64,000 bases of DNA from a virus (lineage: Duplodnaviria > Caudoviricetes). The stretch is taken from the IMG/VR virus record IMGVR_UViG_3300010362_000016, positions 9,453 to 73,452 of that record. One strand, given 5' to 3'. Numbering within the stretch: the first letter of the stretch is position 1; each line of letters opens with the position of its first letter. Below, one piece after another: positions 45,801-55,500 of the stretch. The translations under genes were made by a program, and so were the position numbers. The notes under the pieces are model-generated. The model was not told the DNA's origin and made no database searches. It worked only from the letters and a program-made list of their open reading frames with translations.

Positions 45801-46825
45801 ACGAGGAAGGCGTATTCCTGGCCGCTCTCTCCCTGACCCCTTCCCAGGGGGATGTTGACTTTGATATTCGGGGTTGGGGCGGGGGTCGTGCTCGTGGCCC
45901 GGGTGAGGATAGGTTGGCTGAAGGGGCCGTAGGCCGCGAGATAGATCCGGACGTCGCGGGCTTTTTGGTAGGATTCGCCGTTGGACGAGCCCATGGTCGA
46001 ATCGAGGAAAATTACCGCAGGTGATTTTACTGAGTCGTTGACGTAGACCGGGGCCCACTCGCCGGAGACCTGGGAGGTTCCGTCGAGAGGCATGGAACCA
46101 TCCATGGGCTCGTTGGCTCCGCTCGAAATATCCGGATCTTCCAAATAAACTGCTACCCCGGCGAAGTTCTGCGGAGTCGCGGTGGAATCAGCAGTCCATT
46201 CAACGTCAACTTCGACTCTGTGGTCGCTTCTGAATATCACCTCGGCTGGGGGATTGATCACGACGGGAGGGGCTGGGACTCCTGCGACTCCGCCGCTTGC
46301 GGAAGTTCCTCCTCCCCCGCCGGTTGCCTGTATCCAAACATTGCTTCCCGCCGGAGCGTGGATGTGGAGGGTTCCGAGAGCGTCCGAGTTATCGAGGAGG
46401 ATTCTGCTGGTCGAACCGTTCCTGAATGTATCGCCAAGGAAGCAGTTCACCATCACATAGTTAGTGTCAGCGGTAGATTTGTAGATGTAGAAGTCCTGGT
46501 TGGGTACGGCGGAGATGGGGAGGAGGTTGAATGGAATATATCCTGGGATGTTGACGACGGTGTCCTTGGCGTGGTTGACGGCGATGGTTGAGTCCCGCTC
46601 GACGGTGAGGGAGAGGGTTCCGCCGCCGGAGAGGACTTTCATCGGTTCGCCTTCGATGGAGATGACCTCGCCGTTCTGGATGCCTGCGTATCCGCCGGTT
46701 CCGTTCAAGTCAACGACGGTGTCGGAAGCTTGGAGGAGGGCGGAGAGGCTGTCCGTTGAAGGGGCGACGGTGGGATTTCCGGTGTCGATAGCGTAAGTAC
46801 GGACGGACTTAAGCATTTGGGCCAT
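42875..46825 (-). CDS. large tail/baseplate or host-specificity protein
   Basis: 1316 aa, beta-rich; shares QTPW module with tail fibre. Confidence 0.75.
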   Translation of the reverse strand: MAQMLKSVRTYAIDTGNPTVAPSTDSLSALLQASDTVVDLNGTGGYAGIQNGEVISIEGEPMKVLSGGGTLSLTVERDSTIAVNHAKDTVVNIPGYIPFNLLPISAVPNQDFYIYKSTADTNYVMVNCFLGDTFRNGSTSRILLDNSDALGTLHIHAPAGSNVWIQATGGGGGTSASGGVAGVPAPPVVINPPAEVIFRSDHRVEVDVEWTADSTATPQNFAGVAVYLEDPDISSGANEPMDGSMPLDGTSQVSGEWAPVYVNDSVKSPAVIFLDSTMGSSNGESYQKARDVRIYLAAYGPFSQPILTRATSTTPAPTPNIKVNIPLGRGQGESGQEYAFLVTNVSVTVTTDYNRPDPNYYLQYFYDPPDPATPVPPGMNRFGGCRIIFVNEDADGNPIFPGTDTGTDVPVAQSSSGYKSPVYTPGPLGTQFRCYFCSEDDSQPLGTHINSLVEGVTPYALAVVPPLPSTPDVTGFTLTGQKYVWLLDGTFIEEATLSWDLPTVDEGSIRYAGVYLYLVKVTGTAPLTPFPQTLSGQQANKEDRFFLEISNIPRTAEVWTIAAISVSVNGVLADTPGNYGQPGFHSPTVTLTVGPPTPGSAGGGLEYAPSVTIDPGAHATANETVSADGVGMVNFNVGTWHNPSDNKFGGAQIAMVVNHDPTKPTYWSVPLNATSFQTPTMPSFGNIGATVPVDFYVVSDDPQGHKNSLVPGTTPVISYNYTPSGGQVIPARDGWFDTTQFDWVGDKFTAESFSAKIVQVGKTLVVGGAPGNTFGGSDNGQIAVKNSSGVLRGWIGEQQPGQGSSQPLWGAWFGQIWIGGTSPLDAPIWVDGSGIIQVGGIAAAPPGNSTYPYISIRDDHGIEKGRIGAKINVSSGTPGDSVGSTPPSGLTSGAWFTQLAIGGSNLSNWNVLVTPDATNPLGSQFQIRNVNLFQVDYAAQSGTPANNQYQLKFGNSVWVGAGMSNWQFPGITVYEVDNSQSLFGAVYISRGVILRGHQNQGYPVLVSLVTFNGQSTGSDSPSTFWGELAMYSPTGTGGSRSQTVHITSGSNVSGNPSLTLRDSAYPASTILFQADESGNVTLSGSLQGPGATEVQAIALKIKGYGTVIDSTGAWKGKSISGGQTPWTSDIAGAGFSLTGVGTLRAASFQSTNAILVSGSTTKGNKTVIDSDGVFVGSGMNIGGFGVTCGSVNTNGASPAGSVTCGLLNASNNVIAGGAVNPGSLIGDGWIVGIHMGVTQEIGCASLSVGGTVQIDSSGYIGPAVTIDGQVLAHHFGIHGYALGWPGQDSHGNNITGTFVAGSKTIYVVGGLIVNVI

Positions 46826-46860
46826 TGAATCAACCTCGGGTTATGTATTAGTTGTTAGAG

Positions 46861-49800
46861 CTAAGTATTGATGTTGAGAGTTCCCCCCGCGCCCCAGATG
46901 TAGATTTCGCGGAAGGGGACCGATTCAATGGGGCCGATGACGGTTGAGGCTCCGTCGGGGGTGGTATAGCCTTCGACGTGGACGACCTGTTTGGAGTAGT
47001 TCTGGACGGGGATTTCGCCCAGGAATCGAACGGTTACATCGGCTGTGGAGTCGGGCGGCAGGACTACTCTAGGAGTCGCTTCGACCAGGATGATGACGCT
47101 CGTGGCGTCGGGGATCACTGTCCATGAAGGTGAGATGGTAACCTTCACGTCGTCGTTATCAACCACCGTCACGGGCGGCTGGAAAGCTCCAGTGCCCCCG
47201 ATCACCAGAGCTAAGTTGGATTGGTTTCCGTGTACCGTCAGTCCAGGATTGTAAGCGCTGTTGAACGTCGGATCAGTATATGAGGTAAGGTCCGCCGTCA
47301 TATCATAAGCCGTGGCGGATGATCTGGGATCTCTTCCGGTTCTAGCTGTAAATAGATCCCCGGCCTTCGGTGGATTTGGAACGGCGGAAGGGTCAGGCGT
47401 CACGGTGAAGTTCCCATCCACGTCGTTGGCGGTGCAGATGAAATCCTGAATTGGCACCGTCGTCCCGGTCGAGCCCTGAGGGTTGGCCAGCTTGGAGATG
47501 ATTCTTCCGGCGAATTGATTAGCGGTGAGGGGGTTGGATGGAAGGACTCCGAAGGCCAGGGTGCCGTGACCGGCGGTTCCGAAGGTGGCGTCGGTGGTGG
47601 AGTCGATGGAGACCGGATCGATTGCGAGTTGCTGGGCCCAGGGGCCGGAGACTAGCTCCCAGCGGACTTTGAAGATGAGTGAGAGGCCTTCCGGCGGGAG
47701 TTGACCGTAGAGCCCGAGAACCGGCTGAAGGTCAGCGCCAGCGGAGCTTAGGTAATCCTGGAAGATCCCGAAGCCCTTCGCGGTGAACAAGGGATCTCCA
47801 GGCATGGGAGTTTCGTATTCGGGGGCCCAGATTTCGGGAGGGTTGATCACCACCGGAGGAGCGGTTGCAGGAGAGCCCGTCATATTCGGCGGAACCCAAT
47901 CGCTGGGAACTCCCCCAACATTGACGGATCTGATCCGGACATTGTAACTCGAACCGACAGGTAAATTTTCGATGACGGCGGACGTCACGGTGGGGTCCAT
48001 CTTAGCCAAGGAGAGCCACAGACCTTCAGGGCTTTGGACTTGCTGGTATTCGATTTCGATGTGCCCGCCGTTCAGCACAAAAGCATCCTGGGGAGCATCC
48101 CAGGTCAGGTACATGTTCCCGTTCCGCGACGTCGCCACGAAGTTCGTTGGGGGAGCGGGCTTGTGCATGTCCGGCACGATGGCCTGCTGGTAACCCTGCG
48201 GGGATAGCTCCTCGCCGATGGACCACTGATAGTAGGAACTGTCCGCTTCCTGGATGTCGATCTCGCTCCACATCGCCGGGCCGGTTCCGGCTTGAGCCTC
48301 GATCCTCAACCGGGCCGCGAGCACTTCCAGGGTTTTTCCAGTCCAGCCGAACATCGGCAGGTCAACGGCTATGATATCCAGAGGCGCGAGCAAGTAACCC
48401 GAGAGATTCAACGCGAACGTTCCAGTCCCTTGACCCCTTCGTCTTTTCAACTCGATCTTGGCTAATCTCTGGGCTGTCGGACACGAAATCGTGAATGGAA
48501 ATTGAACGTCGAGATATCTCCTGTCTCCCTGATCTTCGGTTAAGTTGGCGTCATAGAAATATTCCGGAGCGCCGTCGTTATAACCATGGAGTTCATCCTG
48601 GGCATAAGGCGGAAAGTCGGATGACTGCCAGTTGTTTACTTGGGCGATGAAGGTTCCTTTGACGGCGTTGTATAGCTGATTGACGGGAACCTTGGGTCGC
48701 CATTGAATAGCCGAGACGGATCTGGAATAAATTTGGGTGCCAGTAATCGACGAGGAAATTCCAGCCCAGCCTGCCGGTTGGATGAAGTATTGTCCTCCGA
48801 TGTAAGTCAACCTGCCCGCCATGGCGGTAAGGAGGTTCTGGAGGATCTCGGAGCGGTGGCTGGTGAGGAGGAAACCGCCGTTGCAGGTGTAGCGGGGTTC
48901 GGTTCCGCCCAGGGCTAGATTTACGGCCTCGTCGCATAGGTTGGCGGCGGTGATTAGTTCGGTGTTTGGGAGGTCGTTGCCGTAGTTGAGTTTGTAGCCG
49001 TAGACCTTGTCCGTCATGTAATCCGCGATGCAGAGGGCGGCATTGGTGGAGTAGCCGCTTGAGGCGGAGCGGGGATCATAAATATTGTTTTTGCCGGAGA
49101 CGATGAAGGAGAACTGAGGGAGCCCCTGGGAGAAGATCTGGTCGTTGTAGTGGAGGCGGAGGTGGACCATGGTTTTGCCCGGAGCGGAACAGTTGAGGTT
49201 CCAGGGCTGGCCGGGGTTCTGGACAAGATCGGTGGGATTGGCGTCATAGGGCGTGCCGTTGATCATTCCGATGAAGGTCTCGCCCAGGTTTTGTTGTCCG
49301 TTGAGGATTTCGATGTAGATCTTGGATTTGTAGTCGGGGAAGCTGGTGCGGATGTTTCCGGAGTTATCGAGGGTAATTGAAGCAGGGATGGCCGGTCCGC
49401 CCGAGATGAAGGAGAGGATGAAGTTGGAGGAGGTGGTTTCGGTTGCGTAGATGGGCCAGCGGCCATTGACAAGGGCCGCGACGGGGTGGACTCCGGTGAC
49501 GTCTACTTTATCCCCGACCTGGAGTTGGTAGAACTGCTGCGGCAACCCAAACCTGGGGAGGCTGATTTTCAGGATATTCTCCGTTCGTGTAATGTCGGAG
49601 GTGTGGGGGATGTCGAAGCCCGGATTGAAATCTCCGCCCAGGAGCATGGCGTCGGAGCCGAGAGTGGAAGTCCACCAGCCATGGGGAGTGTTGTGAACCG
49701 GACGGAGGAGCACACGGTCCTGGTTGAGCAACAGGGAATCGACGCTTTGGCAGGGATGACAGGCCAGGACGATGACTAGGTCGAGATATTTTTCGTTCTC

Positions 49801-50061
49801 GCCGAAGGTGTTGCAAAAGATCATCGTTCCGCCCACGCGGCCCTGGCCGTAGCGGACGTTCCACGGGGCGATGGGATTCCTGGAAGTAGTCTGGGTTCCG
49901 CTCAGGGGACCTTGAGCCAGGAGAGTCCCCACTCCGCTGAGCAGCAGGCCGCTCCCGGCGGAGATGAAGAACGCCCCGGCTGCGGGAGCCACCGGAAGCA
50001 GAACGACTCCGATAGCAACCGCAGCCACTCCGGTTACGGTTTGGATCACGCCTCTAGACAT
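46861..50061 (-). CDS. tail tip / central fibre protein (lambda J-like) with FnIII-like domain
   Basis: PWNVRYGQGRVGG, YSTNAALCIADY, RYTCNG, YNVRIRSVN. Confidence 0.85.
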   Translation of the reverse strand: MSRGVIQTVTGVAAVAIGVVLLPVAPAAGAFFISAGSGLLLSGVGTLLAQGPLSGTQTTSRNPIAPWNVRYGQGRVGGTMIFCNTFGENEKYLDLVIVLACHPCQSVDSLLLNQDRVLLRPVHNTPHGWWTSTLGSDAMLLGGDFNPGFDIPHTSDITRTENILKISLPRFGLPQQFYQLQVGDKVDVTGVHPVAALVNGRWPIYATETTSSNFILSFISGGPAIPASITLDNSGNIRTSFPDYKSKIYIEILNGQQNLGETFIGMINGTPYDANPTDLVQNPGQPWNLNCSAPGKTMVHLRLHYNDQIFSQGLPQFSFIVSGKNNIYDPRSASSGYSTNAALCIADYMTDKVYGYKLNYGNDLPNTELITAANLCDEAVNLALGGTEPRYTCNGGFLLTSHRSEILQNLLTAMAGRLTYIGGQYFIQPAGWAGISSSITGTQIYSRSVSAIQWRPKVPVNQLYNAVKGTFIAQVNNWQSSDFPPYAQDELHGYNDGAPEYFYDANLTEDQGDRRYLDVQFPFTISCPTAQRLAKIELKRRRGQGTGTFALNLSGYLLAPLDIIAVDLPMFGWTGKTLEVLAARLRIEAQAGTGPAMWSEIDIQEADSSYYQWSIGEELSPQGYQQAIVPDMHKPAPPTNFVATSRNGNMYLTWDAPQDAFVLNGGHIEIEYQQVQSPEGLWLSLAKMDPTVTSAVIENLPVGSSYNVRIRSVNVGGVPSDWVPPNMTGSPATAPPVVINPPEIWAPEYETPMPGDPLFTAKGFGIFQDYLSSAGADLQPVLGLYGQLPPEGLSLIFKVRWELVSGPWAQQLAIDPVSIDSTTDATFGTAGHGTLAFGVLPSNPLTANQFAGRIISKLANPQGSTGTTVPIQDFICTANDVDGNFTVTPDPSAVPNPPKAGDLFTARTGRDPRSSATAYDMTADLTSYTDPTFNSAYNPGLTVHGNQSNLALVIGGTGAFQPPVTVVDNDDVKVTISPSWTVIPDATSVIILVEATPRVVLPPDSTADVTVRFLGEIPVQNYSKQVVHVEGYTTPDGASTVIGPIESVPFREIYIWGAGGTLNINT

Positions 50062-50455
50062 GCCAGGACTTCAACACCCTCTCCCGGGGAACCCAGGTCA
50101 ACCCTTCGTCGGTCGCCATGATAGCCCGACCGTCCAAGCCCAGGATTCCCAAACATGGATTCAGCGGAGGGTTACTCAGCAAAACCAAATCGCCCCGGTG
50201 AGCAAAGTTGGGTTCACACCCGAAGTCGGCTAACGCCGACTTCCCCACGATCTCCTCGGGCGTCCCCAACGCCTTGGCTTCCTCCTCGGAGTGATAAGTC
50301 CCCCGATAAGTTTCGGCGAGATCCACGCCCGTCATGGCCTGAATGGCTCCCGCAGTAAATAATCCGCAGTCCCACGTCCCGAATTCGAAGGGACGCTTGA
50401 GGTTCTCCTGGAGGAAGGCGTCCAGGAGCCTATCCCAGTCAGCCAGACGAGTCAT
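50054..50455 (-). CDS. NlpC/P60-like tail-associated protein
   Basis: RPFEFGTWDCGLF...HRGDLV...LGI. Confidence 0.8.
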   Translation of the reverse strand: MTRLADWDRLLDAFLQENLKRPFEFGTWDCGLFTAGAIQAMTGVDLAETYRGTYHSEEEAKALGTPEEIVGKSALADFGCEPNFAHRGDLVLLSNPPLNPCLGILGLDGRAIMATDEGLTWVPRERVLKSWHV

Positions 50456-50460
50456 TTTGA

Positions 50461-51042
50461 TCAGAGAGGAGGATTGGACGAGGGAACCTGCCCCCAGTAA
50501 ATAGCCCGTTCCTGGATCGAGGTTACCCAATAAAAGGCTTGGTCGCCCGGGGCGACGAGTTGCGCGTCGTCCGTGGTGTACCGGCGGTCCACCAGGACGT
50601 TCATTTCGAGCAGCCGTGACTCACAATTCAACGTAATCGTCGCCGTGGCCCCGGAGACTTCAATGAGGGGTTGATCCGTTCGACCGGCCCACATCACGAT
50701 GGGGTCGGGGATGAGAGTGGTTGTGTCATCAAAAAGGCCCAGGTAAATAAACACAGGGAGTTCCTGAACCAGTTCCTGGAGCGCTCCCGCCAGGAGGTTA
50801 GAATCGATTCCGCTCAACGCCAAAGTAACGCCCCGGGCCTGGATGTCGGTCCCTTCCTCGACGGTCGAAACCGAGCCCAGGGAGCCCACTCCACGCCATG
50901 TTTGGCCGTTCCAGCTTAGATCCCCGAGCCCGCTCCACAGGTAGGATGGACCGTTAAGGAAATGTATTTCGACGAAGAGAGCCGGTCGGATAACCTGCGA
51001 CTGGAAAGCCGCAGCCATGCCGGGGGTCATTTTACGGGGCAT
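50461..51042 (-). CDS. minor tail (hub-associated) protein
   Basis: LWSGLGDLSWNGQTWRGVGSLGSVS...RRYT..D pattern. Confidence 0.8.
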   Translation of the reverse strand: MPRKMTPGMAAAFQSQVIRPALFVEIHFLNGPSYLWSGLGDLSWNGQTWRGVGSLGSVSTVEEGTDIQARGVTLALSGIDSNLLAGALQELVQELPVFIYLGLFDDTTTLIPDPIVMWAGRTDQPLIEVSGATATITLNCESRLLEMNVLVDRRYTTDDAQLVAPGDQAFYWVTSIQERAIYWGQVPSSNPPL

Positions 51043-51049
51043 TTTTAAA

Positions 51050-51454
51050 CTAGAGAACCTGCGCTACTTCAAACTGAAACCCAAAAAGCCGATGGTGAGT
51101 CAGCGACCATTTCCTCGCGGGGGTTTTCAACGCCCAATATAATCCACCCGAGATCGACGTCGGATTCAACATCCAGGGATAAGCCGCTACAAAGGCCGCT
51201 GAGAACTGAAAGCATCCCGTCTGGCCTTTCAGGTTCCGCAGGAAAGCCACCCAGTTCTGGGCGTCCGCCGAAATCATGGGCGGCATCGTCACGCTGGCTT
51301 CCATCCACGTCGAATTCCAGTTCATTACTTGCTGCTGTCCAGTGAAAGGAGAGACAGTCATGGCGACCGGATCTACCTGGGTGAATTCGATGGACTCCGG
51401 GGCCGGAGGGTAAGCCGGAAGGATCACGATGGTTCTACCTAAGTAAGTCGCCAT
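51050..51454 (-). CDS. distal tail protein (Dit-like)
   Basis: SPFTGQQQV..W...W.ASVTMPPM...W.AFL..L.G; position after TMP. Confidence 0.75.
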   Translation of the reverse strand: MATYLGRTIVILPAYPPAPESIEFTQVDPVAMTVSPFTGQQQVMNWNSTWMEASVTMPPMISADAQNWVAFLRNLKGQTGCFQFSAAFVAAYPWMLNPTSISGGLYWALKTPARKWSLTHHRLFGFQFEVAQVL

Positions 51455-51659
51455 GCCTGACTCCCCTTCGGGGAGTCAGGCCTTTGGAGCCCCACTCCTC
51501 GATGAACCATTGCCGCCCGAGATCTCTCAGTGTCCGATGACAAACCGGACAGATTAACCTGGGAACGTCTGAACGGACGATCAGAACCGGCTGGCCGCAG
51601 CAGTAAGGGACGAGGTTCCTTACCTCGTCGAATTCGAGAACAGTTTCCTCAGTGGTCAT
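51435..51659 (-). CDS. small Cys-motif protein
   Basis: CCGQ...CPVC; ATGA overlap. Confidence 0.5.
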   Translation of the reverse strand: MTTEETVLEFDEVRNLVPYCCGQPVLIVRSDVPRLICPVCHRTLRDLGRQWFIEEWGSKGLTPRRGVRHGDLLR

Positions 51660-51964
51660 CTGGTCTTTCGTCTCTTGTCGATGTATCTGGGACTGTTTGG
51701 GTTAGTGGACGTCGGGCGTTTGGAGATGTGACATTCGCAGATACATCGGGTGGGGCAGTATCGACAGTAGTGGTCGCATTCTTTGTGTTTGTTGTGAATG
51801 CAGGCGCTGGACAGATAAATGTGTTCTTGTTGGAGGGCCTTGATTGTCGCGGGGCTGGGCTTTTTGGGTTGCTTGGGCATGGGAGTGGGTTTGGAGTGTT
51901 CGGTGAGGCTGATCTTGCCGGTCTTGCCTGGACCGGTTGGTACGCCACGGCAATCCAGAATCAA
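51656..51964 (-). CDS. small Cys/His-rich protein
   Basis: ACIHNKHKECDHYCRYCPTRCICECH. Confidence 0.55.
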   Translation of the reverse strand: MILDCRGVPTGPGKTGKISLTEHSKPTPMPKQPKKPSPATIKALQQEHIYLSSACIHNKHKECDHYCRYCPTRCICECHISKRPTSTNPNSPRYIDKRRKTR

Positions 51965-51967
51965 AGG

Positions 51968-54922
51968 TTATCTCCCTGGAGGGAAGCGGGCGCTGCGGAG
52001 GACAGTGGCCCGGACGGAGGTGCCTACGGCGTCGCGGTGGGCCTCGCCGATGGCTTTGTAAACCCGTTGTTCGGTCAGGACTGGATCGGTTCCACGGGCG
52101 TCGATGGACATGTAGTAAGTGTGGCCTAGCCCGCCGAGGCCTCGTTGGGTCATGGCGCTCGACAGGATGGTTCCCGAAACCTGAGGGATGAAGGCCTCCG
52201 GGCCTCTCTCGCCGACCAGATAGGCTCCTCCCGGGTAGACAGGTCCGCCCTCGGCCCTGGCTTTGGGACCTGCGCCCGCTCCCTGGGAAATAGCTCCCCC
52301 GATCACCACGGCAGCGGCGATTCCGGTGAGAAGCTGGCCGATGGCCGTTTGTGGGGTGTTGGGGCCCGACCCGGGCTGATCCCCACTGAGCATGCTGTTT
52401 TTCACGATCACCATGAAGGGGCTCTCCTCGGAACCGTTGGGATCTCCCGTCCGGATCGTCACCGTGAACGGATCGTCGCTCCTTCCCGTGGCGGGAGCCT
52501 TCCCGGCGGGAGTCCCGGGTGTGGTTCCGGAAGGACTTCCCGGAGTTCCCGTCCCCGTCCCCGTTCCCGTCTTGCCATGGGTTTTGTTGTAAATCTCCTC
52601 CAACTTTTTAATCAGCTTGTCCAACTCCTTCAACGCCAGGGCCCGGACCAGCGACGCTCCCATCTCCTGGGCCATTTTCGCGAAGCTCACCTTCTGGCCA
52701 GTGATCAACTTCGCGAATTCATCCGCCACCCGACCGAGAGCGTCAGTCATCGAGTCGTAAAGGATCTGCCCGAGTGACTTTTCCGTCGCACGGACCTCCA
52801 GAAAGAACGCCTCCAGTCCACTCCTCAGCGTCCCGACTTGCAGGGACAACTGTTTTTGTTGCTCCAGCCGTTCCTTCTCTTTTTGTTGTAGAGCTACCTG
52901 GAGGTTGAGGTCGTCCTTGTGGAGTTGAAGCTGTTCCTTTAAATACTTAATCTCCTCATCAAGTCTCTCGATCCGGTCCCTGTGGGCGTTCCTGACGGCG
53001 ATTGCGTCTGCTGCAACCTGCGCGGCATGCTCCGCTTCGTCTACCTCTTTTTGCTTATCGCCGCTGCCCTTCAGGTCCAAATTCATCTGCGCGTACTTGA
53101 CCTCATTCCCGGCCTTCCGCATGGCCTCGGCTCCCTGAAGAGTCGCAGCGGTTACCGCCCGGATTACTTGCAGCCGGTCTTCTAACTTCTTATTTGATTC
53201 CGTGATTAACTTAGTTTCCTCCGCGCTGAATCGCATCCGCTCCAGCATGATCAACAACATTGCTGCTTGCCAAGTGTTATGCAGCAGGATCTGCCGCTCC
53301 CGTTCCGCCTCCGCCGCCTTCCGTACCGCCGCCTCTCCCTCGCCAATCGCCGCCGTCAGAGCCTGCTCCATGGCGATCTGTTCCGCAAGCTTTTCAAGGC
53401 TCTGATCTATCTGCGATCTATATTCGGCTTCGAACGCCAGAGTGGCTGCATTTCTCACTCCCTGAATGTCAGCGGCATGCTTCGTCAGAAAGTCCGGGTC
53501 AGCGGCGTGGGATTTTATGAACTGAGCCACCTTACTTTCTACATTGAATTCCTTCAGCGCTTCGTATCCCCTGCCAATCGAGGCCCCCAACCTATTAAAT
53601 GAATCAACTTCCTGCTCCAACGCTTTCTTGGTTCTATCCGCCCCCTCCAGGAATGTCTTCTCTGTCTCCGCCTTGGTGATATCCACCAAAATCCCTTTTA
53701 TTTCCTGCTCCTGCGACTCAGTCAACTTCTGTTTTGGCTTTAACCGCTTATTTAGCTCCTCAATCGCAATTGCGGCCAATCCCGCCGCCTTGGCCTGATC
53801 CATGAGCCCCTGATTTTTCCCAATCGCACTGATTTCCTGGTTCAGCAACCCAAGCTGAGCCCTCAGGGCCGCAACCTTATCCGCGAATGGTTTTCCCAGG
53901 GCCCTGTTAGCCGCGTCTTCTTCTGCTTGCCGCTTCTTCGCGTCGTCCTCTTGAAGCCTTCCAGTCTCATACAACTCGTCCTTGAGGTCCTGGACTCTCT
54001 CCCGCGCCGCGTTCGCCAGAGCCAACCTCGCGGCTCTCTTCGCCGGATCAATGTCCTGTGCAAATATCGTCCCCGCCCCAGCAGCCTTGGGCTTCTCGTT
54101 GATGATGTCCGTCAGGTCCTTTTCCTTTTGCTCAAGCAAGGCGTTCATGTCCTGATTCGCCTTGTCATTAACCGTCTTGAGCATCGCAGCCGCAGCCGTC
54201 TGATCCGGCATCCGTAGAGCCTCTCGTTTGGCGGTCCTCTGCGTCTCCCTGATCTTGTCCATTGCCTGATTAAGAGCTTCCATGCCCTTGGTTATATCCT
54301 CAGTCCCGGCCACTCCCACAAAGTTCTGTTGCCACCAACCCGGCTGGTGCTCTTTCGCGAGCTTCGCCATCTCCGCAACTGACTTACTCAACGACTGCCA
54401 CAATGTATCCGCGCTCTTAGCCGCCTCGTCGAGCGCCAGCTTCAAATTATTAGTCCGCAGCCCCTGCAACTTCGCGACTTCGATTTCCGCTTTGTCTGCC
54501 GCGATCCTCAAGTCATCCGCAGCCACTGCTATTCCCAGGTTCCCTGGCTCGAACGCCGCCTTTATCTTCTTGGGGGCTTCTTCGATATCTTTGTAGAACT
54601 TATGAATTCCCTCGCCGATCTTATAAAGCATCCCGAGGAAGGCCAGTCCGCCGACCAGCGGAAATATCTTGCTCATGGCCCCGCCCAAGCCGCCGACATC
54701 GATCAGCAGCCTAGCTACCGCCCTCGATGAGGATTCGAAGTTCCCGTTCAACTCCTTGAACAACGTCGAAGCCGCCACCATCGACGTGCGAGACCCGGTC
54801 GCCCCGGACTGGGTTGTCTTCTGGAAGTTCCGGACGGCCCCGTTGGCCAACTCCACGTCTTTCAAAAACGTGGCTGTCCCCGCAGTGAAATTGACGGTTA
54901 CGCCGCCAGCGGACTTAGGCAT
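51968..54922 (-). CDS. tape measure protein
   Basis: 984 aa helical Ala/Glu/Lys-rich; RAEGGPV.PG..YLVGERGPE.F.P C-terminus. Confidence 0.92.
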   Translation of the reverse strand: MPKSAGGVTVNFTAGTATFLKDVELANGAVRNFQKTTQSGATGSRTSMVAASTLFKELNGNFESSSRAVARLLIDVGGLGGAMSKIFPLVGGLAFLGMLYKIGEGIHKFYKDIEEAPKKIKAAFEPGNLGIAVAADDLRIAADKAEIEVAKLQGLRTNNLKLALDEAAKSADTLWQSLSKSVAEMAKLAKEHQPGWWQQNFVGVAGTEDITKGMEALNQAMDKIRETQRTAKREALRMPDQTAAAAMLKTVNDKANQDMNALLEQKEKDLTDIINEKPKAAGAGTIFAQDIDPAKRAARLALANAARERVQDLKDELYETGRLQEDDAKKRQAEEDAANRALGKPFADKVAALRAQLGLLNQEISAIGKNQGLMDQAKAAGLAAIAIEELNKRLKPKQKLTESQEQEIKGILVDITKAETEKTFLEGADRTKKALEQEVDSFNRLGASIGRGYEALKEFNVESKVAQFIKSHAADPDFLTKHAADIQGVRNAATLAFEAEYRSQIDQSLEKLAEQIAMEQALTAAIGEGEAAVRKAAEAERERQILLHNTWQAAMLLIMLERMRFSAEETKLITESNKKLEDRLQVIRAVTAATLQGAEAMRKAGNEVKYAQMNLDLKGSGDKQKEVDEAEHAAQVAADAIAVRNAHRDRIERLDEEIKYLKEQLQLHKDDLNLQVALQQKEKERLEQQKQLSLQVGTLRSGLEAFFLEVRATEKSLGQILYDSMTDALGRVADEFAKLITGQKVSFAKMAQEMGASLVRALALKELDKLIKKLEEIYNKTHGKTGTGTGTGTPGSPSGTTPGTPAGKAPATGRSDDPFTVTIRTGDPNGSEESPFMVIVKNSMLSGDQPGSGPNTPQTAIGQLLTGIAAAVVIGGAISQGAGAGPKARAEGGPVYPGGAYLVGERGPEAFIPQVSGTILSSAMTQRGLGGLGHTYYMSIDARGTDPVLTEQRVYKAIGEAHRDAVGTSVRATVLRSARFPPGR

Positions 54923-54954
54923 TCTTCAACCTCTCGGACGTCTTCGACGTCCCC

Positions 54955-55500
54955 TTACTTAGGGGCCTCCGGCGGTGGCCGTAACTCGCTCTTGTATTCA
55001 TCGAGCGAGTTGGAGAACGACTTGGTGAAGGCCTCCAGGGCCTTGTCTGACGCCGCTTCTATGGCGTCCCGCATGAAATGCCGCTTGCTCCCGGTTAAAT
55101 AAATATCCCCATGCTCCGGCACGTCCTTGATGAATTTCTTGTTCGGTTTGTGCCCGGTGAGCCTCCACCCGTACTCCAGCCACACCGCGAGATATCCTCT
55201 CTTCCCGAAGCCAACAGAGGCCTTGCCTCCCCTTCCATCGCCGTCGATGTCGATCTGGGTCCGGATCGAATCTACTAAATGAGTTACGGTTTCGTCCCGG
55301 TCGTCATCATCAGATTCGGGAGTTCTGTCCGCGACGTCCGCCACGATCTCGACCGCAGCCGCAGCCAGAGCCCGCGCCAGGGCGCTCTTGGCGCACCGTT
55401 CCGGGAGGTGCTCGAACCACTGACTAAGCTCCTCCACCCCGGAACAGTGCAACTGTATTCCAACATCCGCAGCATTCGCTGCGGTGATAGCTTCAGCCAT
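54955..55500 (-). CDS. HK97 gp10-like tail/neck component
   Basis: GVEEL...L...KSALARAL.AAA...YLAVWLEYG...HFMRDA. Confidence 0.75.
   Translation of the reverse strand: MAEAITAANAADVGIQLHCSGVEELSQWFEHLPERCAKSALARALAAAAVEIVADVADRTPESDDDDRDETVTHLVDSIRTQIDIDGDGRGGKASVGFGKRGYLAVWLEYGWRLTGHKPNKKFIKDVPEHGDIYLTGSKRHFMRDAIEAASDKALEAFTKSFSNSLDEYKSELRPPPEAPK

Noticed and set aside
37528-46024. Long plus-strand ORFs opposite tail genes (e.g. 37528..38742, 42603..43754)
   Set aside because: Shadow ORFs typical of GC-rich coding DNA
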